The notes: a model not told the origin generated them from the sequence alone. Shown: positions 46,850 to 60,595, counted from the stretch's first letter. The stretch is DNA of 64,000 nucleotides from an uncultured Actinomycetota bacterium (GCA_963695175.1 CAVOGG010000006.1:38052-102051), one strand, 5' to 3'. A program made the numbers and translations.

Positions 46850-48879
46850 GTGAGCCGTGGGCAGGCACGGCGTGAGCACGGAGGACCGCCAGTGGGGGCA
46901 GGGCGCACTCGGCGACGAGCCGGCTGGGCGGTCGCGCTCGCGCTGGGGGCGGTGCTCGTCGGGCAGCCGGCGCTGGCCGACGACGGGCTGTCGACCGGCG
47001 GTCGCAGCCGCTACGTGCTCGACCCGAAGGCGACCACGGTCACCGGCACGGTGACCGTCGACCTGCGCAACACGACGCCCAACCGTGGCGGGTTCTTCTA
47101 CTACTACGACGGGTTCACCGTGCCGGTGCCCGCCGGCGCGACGAAGGTGCGCGCCCGCAGCGGCGGGTCGACGCTGGCGGTGTCGCTGAAGCGCAGCGAC
47201 GACCCGTCGACCCGGCTGGCCCGCATCTCGTTCCCCAACCTGCTCTACGGGCGCAGCCGCACCATCACGCTGACCTTCCAGGTGCCGGGCGAGAAGCCGC
47301 GCGCCAAGGACGGCACCCGGGTCGGGCCCGGCTACGCGAGCTTCGCCGTCTACGGCGTCGGGGATGCCGGTCGCAACACCATCGAGGTCGTGGCCCCGAC
47401 GTCGATGACGTTCGACGCGACCACCGACGACTTCACCTCGACGCAGCAGGGCGCCACCACCACGCACACGTCCACGACCAGCAGCGACGGCGGCGGGTCC
47501 TGGGCCGTGGTGTCGCTGCGCGACCCGAAGCGCACCGACGAGCGCACCGTCGAGGTCAACGGCGCCTCGGTCAAGCTCGACGGCTTCCAGGACGACCCGA
47601 GCTGGGGCCGGTTCGTGGCCGGCCAGGTCACACCAGGGCATCCCGGCCCTCGAGAAGCTGGTCGGCGCGCCCTGGCCCGGCGGGCTGGAGCGCATCCGTG
47701 AGGACGCCTCGCCCACGCTGCGTGGCTACGACGGGTGGTTCGACGCCACCGACGACGAGATCGTCATCGGCGAGCAGCTCGACGCCGACCTCGTGCTGCA
47801 CGAGCTGTCGCACGCCTGGGTGTCCGAGGACCGGTTCGACCAGCGGTGGATCTCGGAGGGGCTGGCCCAGGTGCTCGCCGAGCGTGCCGTCAAGGCCACC
47901 GGGGGCACTCCCGCCAGGCACCCGAAGGTCACCCGGGGTCGAAGGGGGCGGTCGCCCTCAACAGCTGGGGTGGGTCGGCGAGCGCAGCGCGCCGAGAGCG
48001 TCGACGACTACGCCTACCCGGCCGCCTACACGGCGACCACCGCGCTGGTCCGGCCGGCTCGACGACGCCCGGCTGTCGGCGGTGCTCAGCGCGGCCATCC
48101 GCGGGGAGCGCGCCTACGACCCGGTCGGCAGCAGGGACGCCAACGGCGCCGCACCGACTGGATGCGCTGGCTGGACCTGCTCCAGACCCGGGCGGGCGTC
48201 AAGGATGCCGCGCAGGTCGTCCAGCGCTGGGCTCTCACCCCGAAGCAGCGGGCCACGCTCGCGCCCCGCGCGACGGCCCGCACGGCGTACGCGAAGGTCG
48301 ACGCCGCCGACGGCGCCTGGCTGCCGCCCGAGGGCCTGCGCGCCGCGATGACCGACTGGGACTTCGCCCGCGCGGCGCAGGTGCGCGACGCAGGTGGCCG
48401 GGCTCGGGGCAGGCGCGAGCGCCGTGCAGGCGGCGGCGCAGCGGGCGGGCATCGAGGTGCCGGATGCCGTGCGCGCCTCCTACGAGCGCGCGGCCACGCG
48501 ACGAGCAGTACACGGCCCTCGGCCACCACGCTGCCGCAGGCTGCCGCCGCGATCACGGCGGTGGCGGCGGCCCAGCGCGCCGCGGCGCAGCACCGCGACC
48601 CGCTCAGCGCCGTCGGCGCCGTGGCGCTCGGGGTGCAGGGCCGGGCCGACGAGGCGTCGGCCCAGCTCGACCAGGGGGAGTACGCGCAGGCGAGCTCCAC
48701 GGCCGCCGAGGTGGTCCAGCCGGTCGGACCGGGCGCTGCTGGTCGGCCTCGCGCTGCCGGTGCTGCTCCTCCTGCTGCTCGCCGGGGCCGCCTTCTGGTG
48801 GCGCCGGCACCGGTGCGGCCCGGGCTCGCCGACGTGCACCGAGCGAACCGGTGCTGACTCGCCGCCGAACCGGTGCTGA
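46850..48879 (+). CDS. Large exported zinc metallopeptidase-like protein (gluzincin/MA-like) with C-terminal TM anchor; several frameshifts, end approximate
   Basis: Signal peptide, beta-rich N domain, HELSHAW...WISEGLA motif, helical C-terminus and final hydrophobic helix (LLVGLALPVLLLLLLAGAAFWW). Confidence 0.7.
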
Positions 48880-48954
48880 CGCGCTGGCGAACCGGTGCCG
48901 GCCGCTGACCCGTCGATGACGGCATCCGACGACCGCGGCTGAGCGTGCCGCGGG

Positions 48955-49490
48955 CTACAGCACGCGCAGCATCCGGGTGTTGCCCAAGGTGTTGGGCTTG
49001 ACCCGTTCGAGGTCGAGGAACTCGGCCACGCCCTCGTCGTAGCTGCGCAGCAGCTCTGCGTAGACCTCCGGGTCCACGGCCTGGCCCTCGATCGGGGCGA
49101 AGCCGTGCCGGGCGAAGAAGGCGGTCTCGAAGGTGAGGCAGAACAGCCGGCTCAGCCCGAGCAGCCGGGCCCGCTCGACCAGGGCGCTCGAGCACGGCCG
49201 ACCCGACTCCGGCGCCGTGCACCGAGGCGTCGACCGCCAGGGTGCGCACCTCGCCGAGGTCCTCCCACAAACACGTGCAGCGCTCCGCAGCCCACGACCT
49301 GCCCGCGCGCCTCGGCGACCACGAAGTCGGTGACCGACTCGTAGTAGGCGACGGCCTCCTTGTTGAGCAGCACCCGGCGCTCGGCCAGGGGCGCCACCAG
49401 TGCGCGGATCGCCCGGACGTCGGCCGTGCGCGCGGCGCGGATCACGACCGCGTCGGGGCGCGGGGGCGTGGTCGGGGCGTCGTGGGGCAC
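48955..49490 (-). CDS. Amino-acid N-acetyltransferase (ArgA-like GNAT); two frameshifts
   Basis: IRAARTADVRAI...GCGALHV / WEDLGEVRTLAVD / LFCLTFE...NTRML across three frames. Confidence 0.85.
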
Positions 49491-49694
49491 GACAGGAGCG
49501 TATCCACGGCCGAGACGCGGGGCGGTGACGGACCACCCGGCGGGCATGGACGCGGCCCGCCACCGCAGGGGTGGTGGCGGGCCGCTGGCAAGAGTCCCGG
49601 AGGCTCCTGCGGCTTCCAGTGTGCGTCAGGACGTCCCACAGTTGGGTAAAGGCCGGTTAAGGGTTTGGCAAGGGACACGCCCGAAGGAATGGCA

Positions 49695-49734
49695 CGACGA
49701 AGGGCCCCGACCGGTCGGTCGGGGCCCTTCGTCG
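49695..49734. terminator. Terminator hairpin downstream of clpC
   Basis: CGACGAAGGGCCCCGACC-GGTC-GGTCGGGGCCCTTCGTCG, 18-bp perfect stem. Confidence 0.8.
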
Positions 49735-49756
49735 CTGTACTGGCGGTGGCGCCGGG

Positions 49757-52268
<2,512 letters not shown>

Positions 52269-52377
52269 GGTGCTTCTCCTGACGTCGAGTCCCCTCGATG
52301 CTAGTCGCGCCGCCTGTGATGGAGCCGCTCCATGTCGCGAAGCGGTCACCCGTGGGCGGCGCGGTTACGTGCCATTC

Positions 52378-52404
52378 AACGCGGTGGTCGTGCCGAGGTG
52401 TTCC
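52378..52404 (-). promoter_or_regulatory. Candidate SigH/SigE-type promoter of clpC
   Basis: Minus strand GGAAC-N19-GTTG; spacer is one base longer than the sigmaR consensus. Confidence 0.45.
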
Positions 52405-52492
52405 GCGTTCGCTCTCGGCTTAGCGGCGCTCACCTCCTGTCGAGGGTTGGCCGGATGCCGTCGGTCCGGTGCCGCGCGCCCGCTCGCCGAGG

Positions 52493-53773
52493 TCAGGACG
52501 AGCGTCGCGCCCGGTGGGTCAGCGAGCGCCGGCTGCGGGGCTCGCTGGCCCCGAGGAGCTCCTGTGCGGGCCGGGTGCGCTCGACCCAGCCGCCGTAGCG
52601 GCGCGCGAGCGGGTCGGCGCTCATCCCGTGGGCGACCACGCTGATCAGCACGGTGAGGCAGATGGCCGCGATCACGTGGGTCAGGCCGGGATCGAGCTCG
52701 AGCTCTTCGGCCGCGAGCAGGGTGAAGACCACCGAGGCCAGCCCCCGGGGCCCGAACCAGCCGACGAAGGCGAGGGTGGGTGCCTTGAAACCGGTACCGA
52801 CCAGGGCGAGGGCCACGGGCGCCATCCGAAGCACGGTGAGCGCGGCCAGGGCGAAGACGAGCTCGTTCCACCCGGCGTTCTCGAGGAGCAGTGGCACGGC
52901 GATGAAGCCGAAGGCGAACCACACGGCGAAACCGAGCGGGTCGGCCAGCGCCTCGGTGAGCGCGAGCGTCGACTCCTCCTCCTCGAGCCAGCGGGCGGTG
53001 CCGGCGAAGGCCGTCCCGGCGACGAAGGCGGCCACGAACGCGTTCCCCTCGGAGAGGTCCGCCGTGAAGTAGGCCACGAGTGGCAGCACCAGCACCGCGA
53101 GGGGCCGGGTGTGCCGCGAGCTCCAACCGTGCTCGCGCGAAAGGCCGAGCAGCGCGCCGGCGCCGGCGCCGACCACTGCCCCGACGAGGATGCCGACGCC
53201 GAGCGACTGCAGTGCCGCGCCGATGCTCTCGACCGCGGCCAGACCCTCCTCGCCGGCCAGTGCCGCGATCGCGAAGAGCACGAACGGGGTGCAGAGACCG
53301 TCGTTCAGGCCGCTCTCGACGTTGAGCATGCGGCGCACCCGCACCGGCACGACCGGGTTGAGCACGGTGGCCGCGCCGAGGCCGGCATCTGTCGGCGTCA
53401 CCGCGGCGGCGAGGAGCAGCAACATCATCCCCGGCAGGCCCGGGAACACGGCCCAGCCGACCAGCCACGAGGCCGCCATGGTGAGGGGTAGGCCGATGAG
53501 CAGGAGGCGTGCCATCGGGCCCCGGTCGCGGGTGATCTGGCGCGGGCGCACCTGGGCGGCGTCGTGGAAGAGGATGAGGGCCAGCGTCATCTCGGTGAGG
53601 ATGGTCAGGCCTTCCCTGGCGAGCTCACCGAGCTCGGGACCGGCGGTCGAGAACAGCGCGCCCGCCGCGACGAAGGCGATCGGCGCCGAGACCTCGATGC
53701 GCAGCAGGGCCCGTGCCGCGAAGGCGAAGGCGAAGACGAGGGCCAGGAAGATGACGACGGCCAAGGTGCCCAT
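52493..53773 (-). CDS. Cation:proton antiporter (CPA1/NhaP family)
   Basis: LILFHDA, AAAVTPTDAGLG, ESGLNDG, GWFGPRGLASVV motifs. Confidence 0.92.
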   Translation of the reverse strand: MGTLAVVIFLALVFAFAFAARALLRIEVSAPIAFVAAGALFSTAGPELGELAREGLTILTEMTLALILFHDAAQVRPRQITRDRGPMARLLLIGLPLTMAASWLVGWAVFPGLPGMMLLLLAAAVTPTDAGLGAATVLNPVVPVRVRRMLNVESGLNDGLCTPFVLFAIAALAGEEGLAAVESIGAALQSLGVGILVGAVVGAGAGALLGLSREHGWSSRHTRPLAVLVLPLVAYFTADLSEGNAFVAAFVAGTAFAGTARWLEEEESTLALTEALADPLGFAVWFAFGFIAVPLLLENAGWNELVFALAALTVLRMAPVALALVGTGFKAPTLAFVGWFGPRGLASVVFTLLAAEELELDPGLTHVIAAICLTVLISVVAHGMSADPLARRYGGWVERTRPAQELLGASEPRSRRSLTHRARRSS

Positions 53774-53860
53774 GCGACGACCCTCTCGCGGCCGGGGGCT
53801 CGACCGTCACACCCGCCGGGGGTGAGGCCTGAGGGCGAGGGGGACGCCCAGTCGTCCGGG

Positions 53861-54690
53861 TCAGCGGCGGCGCTGGCAGCGGCCGCACCAGAACAGGTTG
53901 CGGCCGGCGACCAGGCGGGTGCGCACCTTGGAGCCGCAGACGACACACGGCATCCCACCGCGCTTGTAGACGTACGACGAGCGCTCGGTGAGGCGGGGCA
54001 CCTCGCCGCGGCCCAGCGCCGCCTCGACCTCGAGCACCTGCTCCTCGACGGTGACGATGCGCCCGGTGGCGACGCCCAGCGGCATGAGGCGCTCGAGGTC
54101 GTCCCAGACGAGGCGCCAGGAGGCACGCCGGAGGTTCTTGCCCTCGGTGAACGGCGACAGCCGGTGCCGGAAGAGCACCTCGGAGCGGTAGACGTTGCCG
54201 ACGCCGGCGAGCACGGACTGGTCCATCAGCAGCTCGGCGACCGTGCGCGAGCTCTTGGTGATGCGCGCCCAGGCGACGTCGGGGTCGGCGTCAGGGCGCA
54301 GCGGGTCGGGGCCGAGGCGGGCGAGCACCGCGTCGACCTCCTCGGGGGTGGCGACCTGGCAGAGGTTGGGGCCGCGCAGGTCGGCGACGTGCTGGCCGGT
54401 GCGCAGCCGCAGCCGCACGGCGCCCGACGGCGGGCACCTCGGCGGTCCACTCGTGCTGGTCGACGGTGAAGCTGCCGATCAGGCCCAGGTGCACGTGCAG
54501 CCAACGGTCGTCGGCGAACTCGACCAGCAGGTGCTTGCCGCGCGAGGTGGCCCGGAGCAGCCTGACGACCGCTCAGCTCGGCGGCGCCGTCGTCGAACTT
54601 GCCCTGCGGGCTGGTGACCTCGGGGGTGGTGCCGGCGAAGGCCTCGTGGAGGTCGCGGGCGAGGGCGAACAGCGTGTGGCCTTCGGGCAT
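53861..54690 (-). CDS. nei: Fpg/Nei family DNA glycosylase/AP lyase; two frameshifts (near 54560 and 54420)
   Basis: MPEGHT N-terminus, VHLGLIG, LGPDPL, LMDQSVLAGVGNVYRSE H2TH, C-terminal C..C...WCGRCQ zinc finger. Confidence 0.9.
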
Positions 54691-54864
54691 GAGGGCAGCG
54701 TAGGCGGCGGATGCCGGGTGCTCACCTGCGTGGGTGCGCTCGGCTCGGGCGTCGTCGAACCCAGCGCGGGCGCGTCTCCGAAGCGGTGGTGGGCGACGTG
54801 GCTCGCTGGCCCCCGTCGACAGTAGAGAACACGCCGCAGGCGCTCCGTGCTCGCGGCGTGTTCT

Positions 54865-55071
54865 CTACTCTCGTCCTCCTGCGGCCTGACGGAGGAGGCG
54901 CAGGGCCCTTGGGCCGAAGCCGTGCAGCGCGAGGAGGTCGGCGTCGGCGGCCGCGTCGACGGCATCCCAGGTCGTGAAGCCGGCGTTGCTGAGCGCTCGG
55001 CGTGCGGGAGCGCCGATGGCGTGCACCTCGTGCGGAGGCGTCCCCCGGTCGGGGACGGGGTCGGCCGGCAT
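54865..55071 (-). CDS. Small HhH / RNAP alpha-CTD-like protein
   Basis: 68 aa; IGAPARRALSNAG and LLALHGFGPRAL HhH-like motif; starts 9 nt after the ku stop. Confidence 0.7.
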   Translation of the reverse strand: MPADPVPDRGTPPHEVHAIGAPARRALSNAGFTTWDAVDAAADADLLALHGFGPRALRLLRQAAGGRE

Positions 55072-55079
55072 CTTGTCGT

Positions 55080-56015
55080 TCAGCTCGCCTTCTTCTCGGC
55101 CTTGTCGGTCTTCTCGCTCTTCTTCGCGGCAGTCTTCTTCGCCGGTGCCTTCTTCGCGGTGGTCTTCTTGGCCGCCGACTTCTGCGTGGGGCTCTTGGTG
55201 CCGGCGCTGCTGCTCTTGGCGGCGGTGGGGGCCTCGCCGCGGGAGGCCTTGGCCTTCTCGACCGACCGGGCCAGGGCTGCGAGCAGGTCGACGACCTCGC
55301 CGGACTCCTCGGGCTCGGCGGCGCTGACCCGCACCTCGCCGCCCTCGACCTTGGCGCGCACGAGCTCCTTGACCGCGATGGCGTAGTCGTCCTCGTACTC
55401 GTCGGGGTCGTAGTCGCCGGCCAGCTGGTCGATGAGCATCTTGGCCATGTCCATCTCCTGCTTGGTGGCCTTGTCGTCCTCGGTCACCGTCGCGAAGTCG
55501 GCCGCCCGGATCTCGTCGGGCCAGAGCATGGTCTGCATGACGATCACGCCGTCGCGCACGCGGAGCACGGCCATCGTCATCCGGGTGCGGATGGAGACGG
55601 TGCAGATCGCCATCCGCTTCTCCTTGACGAGCGCGTCGCGCAGCAGGATGTACGGCTTGGTGGCGGCCTTGTCGGGCTCGAGGTAGTAGCTCTTGTCGAG
55701 CCACATCGGGTCGATCTGGTCGGCCGGGACGAACTTGGTGACCCCGATCTCCTTGGAGCTGCGGTTGGGCAGGTCGGAGAAGTCGTCGTCGGTGAGCACG
55801 ACCATGTCGCCGTCCTCGGTCTCGTAGCCCTTGGCGATGTCGTCGTACGACACCTCCTCGCCGTCGATGGAGCAGGTGCGCTTGTACTTGATCCGCCCGC
55901 CGTCCTCACGGTGCACCTGACGGAACTGCACGTCGTGGTTCTCGGTGGCCGAGTACAGCCGCACCGGCACGTTGACCAGCCCGAAGGAGACCGCGCCCTT
56001 CCAGATCGCCCGCAT
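55080..56015 (-). CDS. ku: Non-homologous end joining protein Ku
   Basis: MRAIWKGAVSFGLVNVPV, KGYE, SYYLEPD, WPDEIR, VVDLLAALARS; Lys/Ala-rich tail. Confidence 0.97.
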   Translation of the reverse strand: MRAIWKGAVSFGLVNVPVRLYSATENHDVQFRQVHREDGGRIKYKRTCSIDGEEVSYDDIAKGYETEDGDMVVLTDDDFSDLPNRSSKEIGVTKFVPADQIDPMWLDKSYYLEPDKAATKPYILLRDALVKEKRMAICTVSIRTRMTMAVLRVRDGVIVMQTMLWPDEIRAADFATVTEDDKATKQEMDMAKMLIDQLAGDYDPDEYEDDYAIAVKELVRAKVEGGEVRVSAAEPEESGEVVDLLAALARSVEKAKASRGEAPTAAKSSSAGTKSPTQKSAAKKTTAKKAPAKKTAAKKSEKTDKAEKKAS

Positions 56016-56071
56016 GGTGCTCCACCTTTCGTATGCCGTGCGCCTCCTCGCGCTCGACGCAAGGTCCCAGC

Positions 56072-58483
56072 CTAGGACGGTGAGCGGCGCCCGGACAGGT
56101 CCGTGGCGCGCTGCCGTGCAGGTTGGGGGTTCGCCGACGCTGGGCGGGCGTGCGGGCTCCTTCGAGCCCATGGTCCCGCCGCCCGCCGGGGATGCCGGTC
56201 GCGGAAGCCGCGGCGGATCCCCCCGGGACGGAAGTAGCCGTGCTCGCCGTCAGAAGGGAGGCGTGTCCGGGAAGGCTCTGGCCTTGGCTCTGGCGGCCCC
56301 CGACTCGCAGGCCCGCTGCGCTGGTGCAGCGGCGGTGGGTCATCGGGAGCCACCGGCGCTGGTCGCGGTCCTCGTGCGGGTGGTGATCGAGCGTGAAGCC
56401 GAGGTGGGTCTCGAGTGCGCTCCAGGCCGTGACGGGGGTGACGGCCTCGGGAGCGGGTGGGGGCGCCGGTCGGCTGGGGGCGGTATCGGCGGTGAGGACC
56501 AGTGGCGTGAGGGCGTCGAGCGGTGCGGTGGTGCGGGCTCGACCGGTGGGGTCGGTCCAGGTGGCGGTGCCGTCGGGTGCCAGGCGCACGCGCCAGCCGG
56601 GGCGTTGCTTGATGCGGTGGTGTCGTCGGCAGAGGGTGAGCAGGTTGGTGCGGTGGTGGGCCCGAGCGGCCAGGGCCGTACGTGGTCGAGGTCGCAGAAC
56701 CGGGCGGCGACGCAGCAGCCGGGGAAGCGGCAGCGGCCGTCGCGGGCGCGGACCAGCGCGGCGAGCTCGGCGCCCGGCCGGTAGGTGTTGGTGGTGAGGT
56801 CGTCACCGGGGTCGAGGCGTGCCCCGGTGAGCGGGTCGCAGGGGACGAGCCGCGGCTGTGCCGCCCTCACACGGCGCCGGCTTGTCGGGGGCTGCTTGCG
56901 CTAGGTGGTCCTGCAGCCACCCGCGGCGCACGAGCAACGGCTCGGACGGTCGGCTCCCCTGCACCTCGACCAGGTCGTCGTCGGATCTGGCCTCGGTGAC
57001 GGGGTGAGCTCGTGGGACTGCCTCCAGTTCTGCGTGAGGCGCGGTTTGGGTGGGGCGGGGCGTGTCTTGAACCTCGGCCGCGTCATCGTCGGACCTGACC
57101 TCAGTGACCGGGTGACGGGGTGGGACTGCTTTCGGCTCTGCGTCAGGCGCGCTCTGAGTGGAGCGACGCGTCTCTTGAACGTCGGCGGCGTCGTCGAAGG
57201 GCTCCGGTCTCGGTTGCTGCGCGGCGTGCACCGTGACCGTGTCGGCCCAGTCGTTGCCGGACAGTGCCGGCGTCGCTTGCCGGCCGACGGGCACAGTGAC
57301 CATGTTGGCCATCTCGCCGCTTGCCCTAGCTGGTGCGGGTAGCCCGTCCGGGCCAGCCCCGAGGTGCTGAGCGATGGCGGCGCTCGCGACCGGAGGGGTG
57401 ACACCTCGGGTCCCCGCGACCGGGACAGGCTCGTTGGTAGGGCCGCAGTTGGCTCACTTCCTGCCACTGCGGAGGGTCCGGGCGCTGGCGTGTTGCTCAC
57501 CAACGCAGTGGATGCGGACCCGACCCGGTCGGGCGCGGCCTCCGTGACCTCGGGAGCGTCGGGCACTGGCTGGCTGTCGGCTGGCACGGTGAGCACGATC
57601 TGCACGTCGATGGTGGCGTTGCCGGTGACCAGGTCGGTGAGTGCCTTGCCGCGGGCCTGCTCGATGTTGGTGCAGGTGCCGGCGGCGACGAGGTCGTGGG
57701 CGAGGCGGTCGATCGCGGCCCACGCGCTGGCGGCATCCTCGCTGGGGAAGGTGCCGTGCCACTCGTCGACCCCGGGCTCGGCCACCCACCGGCGCAGCCC
57801 GGTGTTGTTGCGGGCCTGCTGGGCGCGCTCGCGGACCAGGTCGGGGGAGATGCGCGAGAGCAGCACCCGGGTGCGCCTCCTCAGCGACGAGGAGTCGTCG
57901 CCGAAGTGCCCTGACAGCGCGGCCACGACCGCGTCGGCCACGTCGGCGGGCGCGACCTCGAGCTCGAACGCGATGACCCCGGCCCGGTAGCCGTCGAGGT
58001 GCCCGGCGGTCATCGCCTCGTGCAGCCCACCCAGGCCGCTGGCGCTCGGGCAGGTCGCGGGCGTCGGCCGGCACCGGCACCCGTCGCGCGGCCAGGCGCA
58101 CCGCCTGCTCGACGCGGCGCTGCGCCTGCGAGTGCGACGCCCCGATGCAGCGGCGCGAGCACGTCGGCGGCATCGAGGGTCACCCGGCCGTGGACGTGCA
58201 CGGTCTCGCCGAGCGTGCCGTCCTCGCACCACACGCTTTCGCGGCGGGCTGCCTCGGCGATGGCGGTGTCTTGCACCGCGGTGAGGGTGTTGATGAGGGA
58301 CTGGCAGTCACCGACGACCGCGAGCCACTCGTCGCGGTTTCGGGCGTGGCCCGCGTCGGCTAGGGCCGAGACGACGCGTTGTGCACCGAGCGAGAGGGCC
58401 GCGGCGGGGTCCGTCCTTACTGCGGGGTCAGGTGCGGCAGAGTCGACGACCGACCGCTTGGTGTGGCGCTGTGCCGTGGCCAT
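56072..58483 (-). mobile_element. DUF222/HNH endonuclease (REP13E12-like) gene, several frameshifts, 3' end approximate
   Basis: DUF222-type helices (AGHLDGYRAGVIA, QARGKALTDLVTG) and HNH region [12 protein letters not shown]...DLDHVRPW...[10 protein letters not shown]; sits between ku and ligD. Confidence 0.7.
56959..57195 (-). repeat. 108-bp (36-aa) tandem repeat, about 2.2 copies, inside the DUF222/HNH gene
   Basis: DDAADVQETRRSTQSAPDAEPKAVPPRHPVTEVRSD / DDAAEVQDTPRPTQTAPHAELEAVPRAHPVTEARSD / DDLVEVQ; units start at 57195, 57087 and 56979. Confidence 0.8.
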
Positions 58484-58769
58484 GTCTCCCCCTTCCCCGT
58501 GACACGATTCTACCGGGGCCGGCGGCATAGCACAAGTGTTCGAATGCATGTGTTCGCCTGCAGCAGAACGCTTTTCTGCGCCCTGTGCACCCCGCGTCAT
58601 CGCTGCAACAAACGCCATTGCCCATGTGATCCGAGCCGACGGTGCGGCATCGGGACCGGCCGGTACGGCTCCGACGCTGATGCCGACGACAACCCAGCGG
58701 CACGCACTCAACGCCACGGCATCCACCGACCTGGGCGCCTGGAAGCACCACGAGCGGCAGGATGTGCGC

Positions 58770-59711
58770 ATGCGCCCCATGCTGGCCACCGTCGCCGATC
58801 GCGTGCCGACCGGTGCCGCGTGGGTGCACGAGGTCAAGTGGGACGGGATGCGGGTGCTCGTCGACGTGCGCGAGGGCGTGGTGACGGTGTGGTCGCGCAA
58901 CGAGCGGGACGTGACCGCGGCCTACCCCGAGCTCGAGGAGATCGGTCGCGACTACGACGACATGCTGCTCGACGGTGAGGTGGTCGCCCTCGACGGTGGT
59001 CGCCCGAGCTTCCACGCGCTCACCGAGCGGATGCACGTCAGCGACCGGCGCCGCGCCCAGCGACTGGCGGCCACCCGCCCGGTGACCCTGATGGTGTTCG
59101 ACCTGCTGCGGCTCTTCGGATCCGACCTCACGACCCAACCATGGTCTGCGAGAAGGGCGTTGCTCGACCGGCTCGACCTGACCGGCCGGAACTGGCAGGT
59201 GCCGGAGGTGTACGACGACGGCCCACAGCTGCTCGCGGCCACCAAGGAGCAGGGCCTGGAGGGCATCGTCAGCAAGCGACGCACCGCCACGTATGCCGTG
59301 GGGCGCCGCTCGCCGGACTGGCGCAAGACCGCCCACCGCAGCAGCCTGTCGGTGGTGGTGGGCGGCTGGCGCCCCGAGGTCGGCTCGAACGGCCGCCTGG
59401 GGGCCGTGCTCGTGGGCCTGCCCGACGGCGCCGGGGGGTGGCGCTATGCCGGCCGCGTGGGGTCGGGCCTGGCCGGCACCGCGGGCGAGGCACTGGCGCT
59501 GCGGCTGCGCCCGCTGACCCGCCCGACCTCGCCCTTCGTCGACGAGGTGCCCGCGATCGACGCGAACGGCACCACCTGGGTCGAGCCCACGCTGGTCGTC
59601 GAGGTGCGCACGCTCGAGCTCACCGGCCAGCACCGGCTGCGCCAGCCCGCCTACCTCGGCGTGCGCAGCGACCTGAGCCCGGCCGACCTGGAGGAGGTCG
59701 ACGATGCCTGA
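58770..59711 (+). CDS. ligD: NHEJ ATP-dependent DNA ligase (stand-alone LigD ligase domain)
   Basis: MRPMLAT, HEVKWDGMR adenylation motif, LLDGEVV, GLEGIVSKR, YAGRVGSG, LRQPAYLGVRSD. Confidence 0.92.
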   Translation: MRPMLATVADRVPTGAAWVHEVKWDGMRVLVDVREGVVTVWSRNERDVTAAYPELEEIGRDYDDMLLDGEVVALDGGRPSFHALTERMHVSDRRRAQRLAATRPVTLMVFDLLRLFGSDLTTQPWSARRALLDRLDLTGRNWQVPEVYDDGPQLLAATKEQGLEGIVSKRRTATYAVGRRSPDWRKTAHRSSLSVVVGGWRPEVGSNGRLGAVLVGLPDGAGGWRYAGRVGSGLAGTAGEALALRLRPLTRPTSPFVDEVPAIDANGTTWVEPTLVVEVRTLELTGQHRLRQPAYLGVRSDLSPADLEEVDDA

Positions 59712-60585
59712 GTACGTGCCCGAGGTGACCCGGGTCGAGGTGGCGGGGCGCAAGCTGCGGCTCACCAGCCTGGACAAGGTGATGTACCCCTCGACCGAGA
59801 CGACCAAGGGCGAGGTGCTCGCCTACTACGCGCAGGTCGCGCCGCTGATGCTGCCGCACGTCGCCAACCGCCCGGTGACGCGGGTGCGCTGGCCGCACGG
59901 CGTCGAGGACCAGATGTTCTTCGAGAAGAACCTGCCCTCCGGGGCGCCCAGCTGGTTGCAGCGGGTGCCGATCGACGACGTCACCTACCCGCTGATCACC
60001 GACCTCGCCGACCTCACCTACCTGGTCAACCTCAACAGCCTCGAGGTCCACGTGCCGCAGTGGACCGTCGACGACGACGGCGCGAGGCGCAACCCCGACC
60101 GGCTGGTCATCGACCTCGACCCGGGCAAGCCGGCCGGCCTGCACGAGTGCGCGAAAGTCGCTCTCCTGGTGCGGGATCGGCTGGCGACGCTGGGTCTCGA
60201 GATGTACCCGGTGACCTCGGGCAGCAAGGGGATGCAGCTCTACGCGGCGCTGGGTGGTGACCTCACCAGCGACCAGGTGCGCGACCTGGCGATGCAGCTG
60301 GCGCAGGAGATGACCAAGAAGTACCCCGGGCTGGTGCTGTGGAAGATGACCAAGTCGCTGCGTCCCGGCAAGGTCTTCCTCGACTGGAGCCAGAACGTCG
60401 CCGCCAAGACCACCATCAGCCCGTACTCGCTGCGCGGCCGAGAGCTGCCGTGCGTGGCCGCTCCTCGCACGTGGGACGAGGTCGAGGAGGGTGCCGAGGA
60501 GCCAGAGGCGTTGCGGCAGTTGATGTTCGACGAGGTGCTCGACCGTGTGGAGCGCGACGGCGACCTCATCGCCGACCTGCCCTGA
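59704..60585 (+). CDS. ligD: NHEJ polymerase (stand-alone LigD PolDom, AEP primase-polymerase)
   Basis: LDKVMYP, RWPHG...FFEKN, PDRLVIDLDP, TSGSKG, VFLDWSQN...PYSLRG. Confidence 0.92.
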   Translation: MPEYVPEVTRVEVAGRKLRLTSLDKVMYPSTETTKGEVLAYYAQVAPLMLPHVANRPVTRVRWPHGVEDQMFFEKNLPSGAPSWLQRVPIDDVTYPLITDLADLTYLVNLNSLEVHVPQWTVDDDGARRNPDRLVIDLDPGKPAGLHECAKVALLVRDRLATLGLEMYPVTSGSKGMQLYAALGGDLTSDQVRDLAMQLAQEMTKKYPGLVLWKMTKSLRPGKVFLDWSQNVAAKTTISPYSLRGRELPCVAAPRTWDEVEEGAEEPEALRQLMFDEVLDRVERDGDLIADLP

Positions 60586-60595
60586 CGGCCGACCC

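Noticed and set aside
58536-58769. N-terminal extension of the LigD ligase ORF
   Set aside because: No similarity to PE or polymerase domains; the family-typical start MRPMLAT is at 58770.
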